Part shown: positions 9,780-19,653 of the stretch, in pieces
How the letters are laid out: each line of letters begins with the position of its first letter
How positions within the stretch are numbered: position 1 is the stretch's first letter
From: an uncultured virus (IMG/VR IMGVR_UViG_3300027851_001141)
Taxonomy: Duplodnaviria > Heunggongvirae > Uroviricota > Caudoviricetes
Length of the DNA: 64,000 nt
Virus record (IMG/VR): IMGVR_UViG_3300027851_001141
Direction: 5' to 3' (one strand)
The notes under the pieces: model-generated
What the model was told of the DNA's origin: nothing
The model's input: only the letters and a program-made list of their open reading frames with translations
Databases searched by the model: none
Translations under genes and position numbers: made by a program

Positions 9780-10219
9780 CAGATTCCCGTCGAGCCAAAT
9801 CCGCCCTCTCCACGTTCTGTGGACGACAATTCGGAGGTTTCTTCGAAGGATATTGAAGGTAGCGAGTTTATTATGAGTTGTGCTATACGGTCCCCCACAC
9901 TGAAAGAAATATCTGGACCGAAGTTTATCAGAATTACCTGAATTTCACCCCGATAATCACTGTCTATAGTTCCAGGACTGTTGAGTACCGTGACTCCAAA
10001 CTTGGCTGCAAGGCCGCTTCGGGGTCTCACCTGGCCTTCATACCCCTGAGGTATCTCCAGAGACAACCCGGTGCTTACCTTGGCTCGCCCCATGGAAGGA
10101 ATGAAGACGTCTTCCACAGTGCACAGGTCAAACCCTGCTGCTCCTTCTGTGGCAAGATGTGGCACCGTAGCAGCGGGGTGCAGCTTTCTGAACTTTATGG
10201 GTGTTTTTTTCTTGGGCAT
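9779..10219 (-). CDS. dut: dUTPase (trimeric)
   Basis: AAGFDL, RPRSGLA, GTIDSDYRGEI, RIAQL, RGEGGFGSTG. Confidence 0.97.
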   Translation of the reverse strand: MPKKKTPIKFRKLHPAATVPHLATEGAAGFDLCTVEDVFIPSMGRAKVSTGLSLEIPQGYEGQVRPRSGLAAKFGVTVLNSPGTIDSDYRGEIQVILINFGPDISFSVGDRIAQLIINSLPSISFEETSELSSTERGEGGFGSTGI

Positions 10220-10241
10220 AGACGCGGGTTTTACAGTTTGA

Positions 10242-11102
10242 TCACGAAGTCATAAAAGGAACCGTGGACAACATAGAAGTGCACTCAAATTCCCTAAGAA
10301 AAGAAGAAAGTCCCTTAGGATCACCTTCTCGTACTCTCTTCTTTAGTCGGACTTCTTTTCTGAGTCTTACTACCTCATACATATTTCGTATTTGCTGTTC
10401 ATGTGCCCGTAGTTTTTCGGCTGTCTGTTGCGGCATCCCACCTAGATCAGAGAACAGCTGATCCGGATTTTCTGCTCTTTCTACTGCCTTAGCTACGTGC
10501 TTTTTCATGAGCCGTGGGACACTAGGTAGTCCATCACTCTTGTCTCCAAACAAGGCTTTAGCCAGAGTTATAGATTTAGGGGACGGAGATCCATAGTGCT
10601 TTTCACAGGACTTTCGTATGTCACCATCCGTAAGTATGTCCTGGAACGAAACTATATCTACGTTAGGTCCCCTGCACGTCCACAAGTCCTTGTCGGAGGA
10701 CAGGATCAGATGTCTGGCGTTTGGGTTACGATGAACCCACGCTGCAATGGCGTCATCTGCCTCCGCATCAACCGGCTTTATTTCTGTGCACTTTAGATAG
10801 GATACCAGTTTTCTTACATCAGGAGCTGGGTCAAACTCTCTATCCTTAGACCTTCCCGCCTTGTACGAAGGGAACAATTCATATCTTAGTTTTTCTCCCC
10901 CTTCGTAGCAAAACACCACTTCTCCTGAGAAGTCTCGTTTCCACTTGTATATTGTTCGCAGAAATCTAAACACGTGTCCTGTGGGATACCCAGAAGAGGT
11001 TTTTAGTTCCTCTCCTCCTGGGTTGACCATCCAGGATTTCCAAACAGTGTTTTGGAAGTCCACTACTACGTACCGATCTCTTACTTCTTCAAGGCTCTTC
11101 AT
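10242..11102 (-). CDS. 5'-3' exonuclease/flap endonuclease (Pol I N-terminal/T4 RNase H family)
   Basis: VVVDF, YKAGR, EADDAIA, SSDKDL, GDKSDGLP. Confidence 0.9.
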   Translation of the reverse strand: MKSLEEVRDRYVVVDFQNTVWKSWMVNPGGEELKTSSGYPTGHVFRFLRTIYKWKRDFSGEVVFCYEGGEKLRYELFPSYKAGRSKDREFDPAPDVRKLVSYLKCTEIKPVDAEADDAIAAWVHRNPNARHLILSSDKDLWTCRGPNVDIVSFQDILTDGDIRKSCEKHYGSPSPKSITLAKALFGDKSDGLPSVPRLMKKHVAKAVERAENPDQLFSDLGGMPQQTAEKLRAHEQQIRNMYEVVRLRKEVRLKKRVREGDPKGLSSFLREFECTSMLSTVPFMTS

Positions 11103-11433
11103 TTGTACTGGATATCTTTCTCAACGCAGTGATGCTGTGATTTAGCTTCTCCCACGTAGTTTGTACTCTTTGAGCCTGATCCTCTGGTATTGTCCCTTGT
11201 TCCATCAGGTCGTCCAAAACATCCCGTGCCAGGCATAAAGTATTCTCCACATGAGAACCTCCTTGTCCTCTAGCTTCTTCATAAATGGCCGCTACTTTAA
11301 TAAGATCGGACAAAGCCTGCATCTCTGCCTTGTCATAGGAGACAGATCTGTCAGAAGAATTAGACTCTATTTTTCCTCTGAGGTAGGATATTCTCCTGGA
11401 TACAGCCTTTATTTTTGACTTAAAGTCGTGCAT
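11089..11433 (-). CDS. Hypothetical helical protein
   Basis: 114-aa operonic ORF. Confidence 0.5.
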   Translation of the reverse strand: MHDFKSKIKAVSRRISYLRGKIESNSSDRSVSYDKAEMQALSDLIKVAAIYEEARGQGGSHVENTLCLARDVLDDLMEQGTIPEDQAQRVQTTWEKLNHSITALRKISSTNEEP

Positions 11434-11479
11434 TTATGTAGATCTTTCTGCCGTTTTTACGGCCATTTACTGCATAATT

Positions 11480-11932
11480 TTACAGAGACGGAGGCTCTTC
11501 AGAGCCATCTGGGTATATGACCCAAACAGGAGTCTGCGTTCTTTTGGCGTGGCGGATAGTCATCCAGGTACCTGCCCTAAGAGTGGATTTGGGCTCCTTT
11601 GGGCATGCTATAACTAGGTCGGAATCCTCTACTATTTTCTTGTTTCTCTCCAAAGAATCCTCTGGGTCCGCGATGTAAGTACCTTGTTTAAAAGCTCTTT
11701 TGGGCCTTATGGTGCACGGTCTTACGGCTATTTCCATGCCAAGATTCTCTGCTATGTCATGCGCCTGAGCATCCGCCCCTACGCAATCCCCATGGACCAT
11801 TTTCTTTGGGTTCAACTCCTTCAAGATCTTCTCCACGCGTTCTGCTTGCGCAGAAGACATGCCTTTTTGGGTTCCTGTAAAACCTACTACTTCGAAGTAG
11901 TAGTTAGTTTGAGGCGGGTTATGTAACTTCAT
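11480..11932 (-). CDS. SLOG-superfamily (YspA/DprA-like) nucleotide-binding protein
   Basis: VGFTGT, HGDCVGAD, RNKKIV..SD.VIA, GTWMTIRHA. Confidence 0.75.
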   Translation of the reverse strand: MKLHNPPQTNYYFEVVGFTGTQKGMSSAQAERVEKILKELNPKKMVHGDCVGADAQAHDIAENLGMEIAVRPCTIRPKRAFKQGTYIADPEDSLERNKKIVEDSDLVIACPKEPKSTLRAGTWMTIRHAKRTQTPVWVIYPDGSEEPPSL

Positions 11933-11958
11933 CGTAATCTCCTTAGGATTGTAGATTC

Positions 11959-13119
11959 ATGCGAGACCAATTACTATTCAGACTGCAAAGAGTAGCTAGA
12001 AAAATAGTCCTCATCGAACGTCTTCGCAAAGTTGCGCTCTCTTCTGAAGAAGAGATGATAGATAGGATGTCCGAAAGGTCTAAGAAGGTATTACTAGGAG
12101 CTAGGGGTAAGCTGTTCAAAGCGTTGAAGGCAGCTGAACTAACACTTACAGAAGAGGGCCAATCCTCTCTTCGATCGCTCGCTGATGTAATACGGTCTGT
12201 AGTAACAGAAGCCGGAGTAGTAGATACCTCAAAACTTCCAGAAGTCAAGGGGAATCAGGACGCACTCTTCAAACCCATTATAGACTCAGCTAGAAAAGGT
12301 GCTGCGGTGCCTTTCTCCCTTACAGCCAAGAGCTTCTGGGGGCTCATGCAGGGCTTCGACAAGTTCCTTACTGTGGCCATGCTTGGATCCCGCCTACAAG
12401 ACGCCAGGTTTGTGGAACTAGCCAAACAGAACCAGGCGTATCGAGATCGCCTCTACAAAGCCATGGAACAATTGGCCAGGACTCTTCCCGAGATGCAGGA
12501 GTATCTAGCCAAATTCGAGAAGAACCTCCCCTCACCTTCTGCTCCAGTAGAGGAACCCTCCAAGGACTCCACAGCTTTGGAGGCGGTTGAGGCACAGCTA
12601 AGGTCAGCTGAGGGAGAAATGCGCGCAGTGGTTAGTCAGCTATCTAAGCTGATTGTCAAAAGGTCGTCTGACCTTCTGGGAGACACTGCTCCGCTCACAG
12701 AAGCTCTGGATCACAACATATTCACACTATACAATAAAAACAAGGTCAACGAAGCCCTTAATAGAGACAGAGAATTCTACCAGGAAGCCCTCATGCTAGA
12801 ACATGGGTCGTTTCCAGTAGATCTCGAAGAAGAGCTGGATTCTAAGACTAAGAAGGCTCTCTATCTCTCCTATCGCTCTTTTGTGATGGCGGTACGTGCT
12901 TTAGGAGTCCTTCAGTTTGCTGCCTCCAAACCTGAGCTAGTCTTGAAATCGCAGAAAGCGCAAGAACTCGTGGTAAAGTCTCAAGAAATTCTGAGAAACA
13001 GAAAAGACAAGATAGTATCTTTTCTATCAGCGCTGAAAAAGGAAGCAGCGAGTGACAAGGAGCGCAAGGAAGAAAAGGGCGTTCCAAATAAGTCGTTCTC
13101 TGAGTTCTTTCAGGAATAA
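11959..13119 (+). CDS. Hypothetical helical protein (possible late/virion protein)
   Basis: 386-aa ORF on the minority strand. Confidence 0.65.
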   Translation: MRDQLLFRLQRVARKIVLIERLRKVALSSEEEMIDRMSERSKKVLLGARGKLFKALKAAELTLTEEGQSSLRSLADVIRSVVTEAGVVDTSKLPEVKGNQDALFKPIIDSARKGAAVPFSLTAKSFWGLMQGFDKFLTVAMLGSRLQDARFVELAKQNQAYRDRLYKAMEQLARTLPEMQEYLAKFEKNLPSPSAPVEEPSKDSTALEAVEAQLRSAEGEMRAVVSQLSKLIVKRSSDLLGDTAPLTEALDHNIFTLYNKNKVNEALNRDREFYQEALMLEHGSFPVDLEEELDSKTKKALYLSYRSFVMAVRALGVLQFAASKPELVLKSQKAQELVVKSQEILRNRKDKIVSFLSALKKEAASDKERKEEKGVPNKSFSEFFQE

Positions 13120-13171
13120 CCCTGTAAACCACCTATAGCACTATTGCTAGTGCGCACAGAAAGAGGATTGC

Positions 13172-14518
13172 ATGAGCAAGCCCCACAGAGGAACAACTAA
13201 ACACGTCAACTGGGTTGCCCAACGAATTGCTCAGGTGGCCCAAAGTTTGGGTGTTCCTGTATCTTCCCTCACAAGAGACAAGTTTTTAGCTCATGTGGAA
13301 GACGTAAACCGCACTGACATTGATAGGTGCATGGGATGGGGACCAGTTCGCGCCATTGCCTCCTCTATGCACCCCCATGCCCTTAGGGGTCCGGTCGATC
13401 TTCCCGTACCTGCCGTGCCAGAAGGGTATTTTGTAAAGAATGTAAACTCAAATTTAGATGCAGAGGGAAACCTAATCGAACAGTGGATAAAGGCACCGCT
13501 GGCGCAAGCAAAAGGAACCCTCACTGATCAGGTACCTTCTGGGCATGTTGTGAGTGGAGTGTCCACTCTAGTTTCTGGAGACGGACACACACTAGTTCAG
13601 TGGGTCAAGACCAAGAAGGAGGGAGAGAGTAAGGAAGACCTCCTACATCGTCTTCTATCGTCCCTTCCTGACTCCATTCCTGTGAGATCTAGTTCCATAC
13701 CAGGACCGGATAAAAATCAGCTAAACGACAGGCTATTAGCCGTGTACCCTATGGGAGACCCTCACATTGGTATGCTTTCTTGGGCACCCGAGACCGGCGA
13801 GGACTTCGACCTTAACAAGGCAAAAGAAATATTCTGCCATGCCATGGAAGAGTTGGTTCAACGTGGACCAAGAGCGAGTACGGCACTCATAGTAAACCTG
13901 GGTGATTTCTTTCACGCAGACAACGAGCAGAATAGAACGTCAAGGTCCGGTCATGCTCTAGATGTCGACGGAAGGTGGCCCAAAGTACTCCAGGTAGGCC
14001 TAGAGATCATGGTCTATCTTATAGACCAAGCCCTTATCCATCATGACACCGTTCGAGTTATCAATGAGATCGGTAACCACGATGACCACAGTGCCATGTT
14101 TCTCAGTGTGGCTCTTAATGCCTACTACCGAAACGAACCAAGAGTTAGTATAGACCTAAGTCCGAGTAGATTTCACTGGCATAGATTTGGTAAGAACCTT
14201 ATAGGAATTACTCACGGACACAACCAGAAACACGCGGATCTGGAGTCTATCATGGCTGCGGAGAGGCCTCAGGATTGGGGTTCAACCGTCCATAGATTCT
14301 GGTACTGTGGACACATTCATCATTCAGTAAAGAAAGAAATGCGTGGGTGTGTGGTTGAGTCTTTTCGTACGCTTGCCGCCAGAGATGCCTGGGCAGCTAA
14401 CATGGGGTACAGGTCAGGAAGAGATATGAACCGCATTACTCTTCATGAAGAGTATGGAGAGATAGGTAGAGAGATAGTAAACGCAGCCTACCTTCAATCC
14501 ATGTACCTTAAAGAGTGA
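13172..14518 (+). CDS. Calcineurin-like metallophosphoesterase with N-terminal extension
   Basis: GDPHIG, GDFFH, GNHD, HGH, GHIHH motifs. Confidence 0.85.
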   Translation: MSKPHRGTTKHVNWVAQRIAQVAQSLGVPVSSLTRDKFLAHVEDVNRTDIDRCMGWGPVRAIASSMHPHALRGPVDLPVPAVPEGYFVKNVNSNLDAEGNLIEQWIKAPLAQAKGTLTDQVPSGHVVSGVSTLVSGDGHTLVQWVKTKKEGESKEDLLHRLLSSLPDSIPVRSSSIPGPDKNQLNDRLLAVYPMGDPHIGMLSWAPETGEDFDLNKAKEIFCHAMEELVQRGPRASTALIVNLGDFFHADNEQNRTSRSGHALDVDGRWPKVLQVGLEIMVYLIDQALIHHDTVRVINEIGNHDDHSAMFLSVALNAYYRNEPRVSIDLSPSRFHWHRFGKNLIGITHGHNQKHADLESIMAAERPQDWGSTVHRFWYCGHIHHSVKKEMRGCVVESFRTLAARDAWAANMGYRSGRDMNRITLHEEYGEIGREIVNAAYLQSMYLKE

Positions 14519-14525
14519 CCCGTTT

Positions 14526-14921
14526 ATGGGAAAACTAATGAATAATAGAAGAACACTAATATCGGCTCTTGAGAGAGAACTACGCAAGGAGGCCTTTGGG
14601 ACTACCAAGTTCCAGGACTTTGTATCCAAGTTTTCAGAACTAGCCGTAAAGTCCAATGACTCCTTCCTTTTGAGGTTTTCGGACAAGCTGGTGTCCTATC
14701 CAGACTTCATGAGGGAGCCTGACCCAGTTGAGTTCTCACAGCACTTTGTGCGCAACGTAAAGCCACAAGGGTCTGCATACAGGGACAATCTTAGCTCAGA
14801 AAGCACTGCCCGCACTCTCCTAGACAAGGTAGTCAGAAAACTGGATCAGATGCAGGGCAAGTCAGCAGCACAGGCTGCTGACTTTTTTAGGCAGGCGTCC
14901 AACGCTATACGCCTACCTTAA
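14526..14921 (+). CDS. Hypothetical protein
   Basis: 131-aa ORF continuing the plus-strand operon. Confidence 0.55.
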   Translation: MGKLMNNRRTLISALERELRKEAFGTTKFQDFVSKFSELAVKSNDSFLLRFSDKLVSYPDFMREPDPVEFSQHFVRNVKPQGSAYRDNLSSESTARTLLDKVVRKLDQMQGKSAAQAADFFRQASNAIRLP

Positions 14922-15536
14922 GTAGTCCTTTGCCTTCTTTAGTGCGGCGCTTTCTTCTGCGGACAGAGGAACGAACTCTGCAATCCAGGCCGGAGGATTC
15001 GCTTCCCACTTATCCTTGGAGGCCCTGTACCTGGTGTTCCAATACCGGGCAAACGTATTTCTAATGTCTGCGTCGTATCTCTTTCCTGGGGGAAAGTCAG
15101 ACTTAAATCCATCTCGCTCAACGTCAGCTACTGATATTTCTTGTATACCATTTAGGTAGCGATATCCAGTGATCAACAGACACAGTCTTGAGGCTTCTTC
15201 GGGCATGCCCACCACCGGCATCCACTCCTCGTTAGGAGTTTTCTTGTCAGGATCCTCCATCATACGGTAAACGACAGAGTCGTTCTGCACTTTGTAGGAT
15301 TCTCTCACCCAAAGGTAGTCTCCAACTTCTCCGTAAGGAGGACTTATTTTGGAGAGCTTGTTCTTTGTGGCAAAGAAGGCGGGGAGGCCGTCTAGGTCAC
15401 CGGCCATAGCCTTTCTTTCCTTGTCGGAAAAGCATCGTACTGTGTGACGCTTGGTACCCAACAACACCGCCGCTATGTGCTCCTCGCTCAGCGCTAGGGG
15501 CATTCCATAGGACAATCCCTTGTATCTCTTTCTCAT
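14913..15536 (-). CDS. ASCH/PUA-like domain protein
   Basis: AVLLGTKRHTVR, PYGEVGDYLWVRE, MPEEASRL.L.IT, W..NP.AW..EF typical of phage ASCH-like family. Confidence 0.7.
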   Translation of the reverse strand: MRKRYKGLSYGMPLALSEEHIAAVLLGTKRHTVRCFSDKERKAMAGDLDGLPAFFATKNKLSKISPPYGEVGDYLWVRESYKVQNDSVVYRMMEDPDKKTPNEEWMPVVGMPEEASRLCLLITGYRYLNGIQEISVADVERDGFKSDFPPGKRYDADIRNTFARYWNTRYRASKDKWEANPPAWIAEFVPLSAEESAALKKAKDYLR

Positions 15537-15570
15537 ACCATTTAAGTAAGGTAGAGATAAACAAAGGAAA

Positions 15571-16580
15571 TTATTTTAGGTAAGACCATACGGGGGAATG
15601 CATGTGCCCCCGTTGCCGAAAGGCCGTTGATAATACTTCTTTGCGGGATTCTGGACACCATTCAGTGTCCTTGTAAGTTCTAATGACAAAGGTGCTGAGG
15701 GTAAGAGTATGTCCTCCTGCCTTTTTACGGCTTACCAAGGACTGAAATGGCTGACCCCTCATCTCTCTGTATGCGTCTATATGAGGCTGATAGTCCGTCT
15801 CAATTCTAGATCGAACATTCTCACCAAAAATACTAGATACAGTTATTACTTCGTAGTACATTTCGTGCCTAGACGGGCGTGATGTCGTCAAATTTCTTTT
15901 CGCCCCAGGATGGACTCCTAATTTTTATTGTGTCACAAAAACGATCAGAGTAGTTCCCTAATGCGGGCGTACTCCAACGAATCCAAACAGGTGCTAAAGG
16001 AGGCGGAACCGTCAGTATGGCCGCTGATTCTACCGGAGATAGAATAACATGGACGCTCCTTTTTAAGGAAGACCCTAAGTCTGTTTCTTTTTCACGGTGA
16101 TGATGTCGGCAGTTCGATGGGCGTGGGTAGTCTACAGCGTCGTGGCAAAAAGAATGTCTAGCTGGTTGCGGTACGTCCATATTGTAGATAGACCTTACAG
16201 ACTCACCAAATATGGTGGACGTTCTCTCTATCACGTACAAGTGCTTACTTGGTTTTGACATTTTACCTCATGAATCCTACAGAGACTCTAGGCCTTTCTT
16301 CCCATGAAGGATGGATAGTCGTACTCTTTGTTCTGACCCACCTGACAGAATTACATCGATCAGGATAACTCAGTATAGCGACAGATTCTACTCGATAGCA
16401 CCTAATGTGCTGAAACACCTTCAGGGTGCGCCCAAAGTTACAATTTACACGGTCTATATCATAGGACAACCAATCACTTTTTGATTTTGGATTGGGAGAG
16501 ACTACCGCTGTTATAGTCTCTCCAAATATGTCGGACCTGCTTATGAGTTCGTATGCGTATTTTATTCCTTCTTCATTCAT
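15571..16580 (-). CDS. Three tandem paralogous small hypothetical proteins (15571-15891, 15869-16261, 16263-16580)
   Basis: Shared N-terminal Y.(L/V/I)...S.IFGE.(V/I) motif and C-terminal P(S/V)W. Confidence 0.6.
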
Positions 16581-17349
16581 CCGTGAACTCCGCTACAAAA
16601 GAATAGGGTAGAAGTAACTTTTCTGACCTAAGCAGGGATTCGTCTGAGATGTCGCATCCCCAAAAATATCTTCCATTTTTAAGGGAGGCCTCTCCGGTGT
16701 TTCCTGACCCCATAAAGGGGTCCATCACAAGTTCTCCCCTGGAAGTCGAGTTCATGACCAATACTTCCAACAGATCCACTGGCTTTTCTGTGGGGTAAGA
16801 GTCTGAACTTCGTATCCTCTTATGGGAAAGTATGTCAGAAATGGATCTGCTGTTGAGTTGACGAGTTCCCTTGAAGCTTTTTCCCTCTTGTGGGACCCAC
16901 TTGGACGTACCCTTTTCGAAGAAAAGGATGAACTCGTACTGGGATCGATAGTGATAACCCATCCCCATTGCTTCCTTATTCCACACCAATCGCTTCCAGC
17001 AATAGAAGCCAGCTTCCATGCCTGCCTTTTTGAGCAGATCTGAAGTCTCGTCGTCGCAAAACATGTAGCAGTGTGTCTTGGGTTTTAGAACCCTGTACAG
17101 TTCCCTGCATAGCTCCGGGAGAACACTGTTGGGTATAACCCTGAACCAGTCATTGCTAGACGACTTGCTCTTGGAAAGCCTGGTAGTCGTGCCTTTGGAC
17201 CTATGCTTCTCTAAGGAGGCATAGGGTATATCCGTGATAACACAGTCGGCCACCCCCTCGTCCAGGGATTTAAGCCAAAGAAGGGCGTCTCCCTGCGCCA
17301 GGTAGAGCCCTCCTTCCAACTCATTTACCTTAGTCTTAGGACGAGTCAT
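16573..17349 (-). CDS. DNA methyltransferase, N4-C/N6-A beta class
   Basis: Motif IV variant TDIPY, YPTEKP, motif I DPFMGSG. Confidence 0.88.
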   Translation of the reverse strand: MTRPKTKVNELEGGLYLAQGDALLWLKSLDEGVADCVITDIPYASLEKHRSKGTTTRLSKSKSSSNDWFRVIPNSVLPELCRELYRVLKPKTHCYMFCDDETSDLLKKAGMEAGFYCWKRLVWNKEAMGMGYHYRSQYEFILFFEKGTSKWVPQEGKSFKGTRQLNSRSISDILSHKRIRSSDSYPTEKPVDLLEVLVMNSTSRGELVMDPFMGSGNTGEASLKNGRYFWGCDISDESLLRSEKLLLPYSFVAEFTDE

Positions 17350-17765
17350 AGCAGGGGCAATCCTGCTGTAACTTGGTCCACGTTTTCCGATAGAGCGGGC
17401 CCTACCGCCACTACTGTGTTCGTTTCGACACCCTTAAACTCAGTGGCTCCAGAATCGGCGATAAGAGCACAAGGAAGACCCAGTGCCAACGCTTTGGCGT
17501 GGATAGAAAGAAGCTCTTCCTCGGAGTTTACGTAGACACATATTTTGGTGAACTTACCTGTGAGCCATTCCCACATAGGACCATGAGGGTCACAGTCTAA
17601 AGTTAATGAGGCTGGTCCTTGAAGTTCTCCGTTTGGGGTGAGAGGAGCCCTCCATACCATTTTGTCTAGAAGAACCTTCATAGAAGCATGAGCACATTGC
17701 GCTGCTATTTTTCCTTTTCTCATGTTCAGGTCTTTCCTGACCACAAGAACTTGTTTCGTACTCAC
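17346..17765 (-). CDS. Peptidyl-tRNA hydrolase, PTH2 family
   Basis: KQVLVVRKDLNMRKGKIAAQCAHA, KICV, DSGATEF, AVGP. Confidence 0.93.
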   Translation of the reverse strand: MSTKQVLVVRKDLNMRKGKIAAQCAHASMKVLLDKMVWRAPLTPNGELQGPASLTLDCDPHGPMWEWLTGKFTKICVYVNSEEELLSIHAKALALGLPCALIADSGATEFKGVETNTVVAVGPALSENVDQVTAGLPLL

Positions 17766-18124
17766 AGCTTTCTCCTGTTTCTATCCCTAAGAAGTTTTCC
17801 TAGGGAAATTCTCTTTTCCTGTAGAGAGATCATCTGTTCATAGTTGTTCGCCGACATACTCTCTAAAAGAGAGTCAGTCTCCTCTGTAACCAAACTGGCC
17901 TCCCACTCTGCGTATTGGTCCAAAAGACTTACACACTCGTTGAGTAAAAATACGTCTTCTGACCAAAGTTCAGACGATGGCGCAAGAGTTATGTTTCCCT
18001 TGTTGTCTATCACATGGTGCCCCTCCAGACCGTTGATAGACACTGGACTTCCTTGTATGGTAACAGGTTGTCCCTGGTAGAAAACTACGTCACCTGATTC
18101 GAGTGATACCTTCACGATAGGTCC

Positions 18125-19360
18125 TTATACGCGAGTAGTTTTCTTTATATCGAAGTTTTCTTCGATAAATGCGATGACTCTCTGCGGATCAACATCACGC
18201 GAGAATACGATGTTAGGTCCGTGGTTTTCAAGAAATACAGCTTTTATCTTGCCGTCTTCCGCCACAGAAACTAATCCGTCTGCTGTGTTGTGACCACACT
18301 CGTGGCTACCACATTCAAAGTACTTCTGAGGCCTGACAGGAACCTTAGATGATTCCTTCATGGGACAATGAAAGTGAACTACACAGTCTAGAGTAGGGTG
18401 CTTGTCGAACATGATCCATTGAGATCTGCTGCCAGCCGAGGGCTTTGCACCGTATGCAGTAACTATGTGCTCGTTTTCCGACACAATCCTGACCATATCC
18501 AGCTTTTTGTTGTAATTTGACCTTCTTATCGAGCATAAGATGGATCCGTCAGGCTGCCTAACCGCAAAGTGTCCAACAGTTACTCCGTTAAACTCTTGAT
18601 ACGCCCCCTCCTTCACGCAATACTTTACTACAGCACGAAGAGACGGAGGAACACTTTCACTTTCTATACTCTCCAGTGTACCAGGAACAGCGACTGTCCG
18701 TGCAAAGGTACCTCTGCTCCTACTACCGGCCATGTCAACAAGTTGTGACAGAACAAAGGATCTATCCGTGGACACTGCATACCTAGATTGCTCTGGCGTC
18801 ACAATCATGTTGACTCGGGTATGTGTGTCATTTGCTAGTACAAGATTGCAGTGAGATCCCTTACACAATCGTAGCGCCGCATCAAATTGCTGGTCTTCTG
18901 TGGCCCCCGACGTGGTTTTGAACCCCACGAGGAATATATCCTTGCGGTGACTCCGTATGTCTCCTATGATCTTTTTGGCAGGAGTTAATACCATTTCGTA
19001 CGAGTACATTGATTGCAGCCTCTGCCTGTTCTTTCCCGACAGAGTCACCTCCTTAGACCCGGGACTTAGAACTTGGCCAGTAAAGTCACACATAGCTGCG
19101 GATAAGAATATGACTTTTGTGAGAGGGTCTCCCACCAACTTTTGTACCAGATTCTCTACGTCCTCATTTGTGTCTATGGAAGAGGACGGTTCTGCCATCC
19201 GTGTCAGAACCAATTCCTTCTCCAGGTTGGAGAAATGAGGTGAGTCGGATACCAGCGAGTGCAAAGTACGTGCGGTTTTACCCGAAGCAGGAGCAGACAA
19301 CGCAAAGTGAGGACGCACGTAGAAACGCGTTCCTCCACCGATGACGTATACCTTTTTCAT
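18125..19360 (-). CDS. CoaB/Dfp-like ligase domain fused to class II aldolase-like domain
   Basis: GGGT..., SAAMCDF, FLVGFK, LVLAND (CoaB); C-terminal VVHFHCP, NHG (aldolase II metal motif). Confidence 0.65.
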   Translation of the reverse strand: MKKVYVIGGGTRFYVRPHFALSAPASGKTARTLHSLVSDSPHFSNLEKELVLTRMAEPSSSIDTNEDVENLVQKLVGDPLTKVIFLSAAMCDFTGQVLSPGSKEVTLSGKNRQRLQSMYSYEMVLTPAKKIIGDIRSHRKDIFLVGFKTTSGATEDQQFDAALRLCKGSHCNLVLANDTHTRVNMIVTPEQSRYAVSTDRSFVLSQLVDMAGSRSRGTFARTVAVPGTLESIESESVPPSLRAVVKYCVKEGAYQEFNGVTVGHFAVRQPDGSILCSIRRSNYNKKLDMVRIVSENEHIVTAYGAKPSAGSRSQWIMFDKHPTLDCVVHFHCPMKESSKVPVRPQKYFECGSHECGHNTADGLVSVAEDGKIKAVFLENHGPNIVFSRDVDPQRVIAFIEENFDIKKTTRV

Positions 19361-19653
19361 GGAGTCTCCTCAGACTTAGATTTAGACTGTCTATCTAGCT
19401 GCATCTCACTCATCACTTCTATGATCGCTTTCTTTAGCCTTTCTTTCTGCTCCCTCTCCATCACTCTGCGGGACACGAAGTAGATGACCGAAAAGAACAG
19501 AGACGCAGATACGGCATACCCCAGAACAGGAAATAAAAGTTCTGTGTCAGAGGACAAAAAAGACACTAAGTAGAAAACTAGAGGAGCAGAGGACAGAATG
19601 ACAATCAGAGAGTACAACCAGAACCTAAGGCTCTTAGGTAAAGTCACTCCCAT
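19357..19653 (-). CDS. Membrane protein with two transmembrane helices
   Basis: Two hydrophobic segments followed by a charged tail. Confidence 0.55.
   Translation of the reverse strand: MGVTLPKSLRFWLYSLIVILSSAPLVFYLVSFLSSDTELLFPVLGYAVSASLFFSVIYFVSRRVMEREQKERLKKAIIEVMSEMQLDRQSKSKSEETP

Noticed and set aside
16573..17349. Restriction-modification system
   Set aside because: No adjacent restriction endonuclease; orphan methyltransferases are common in phages.
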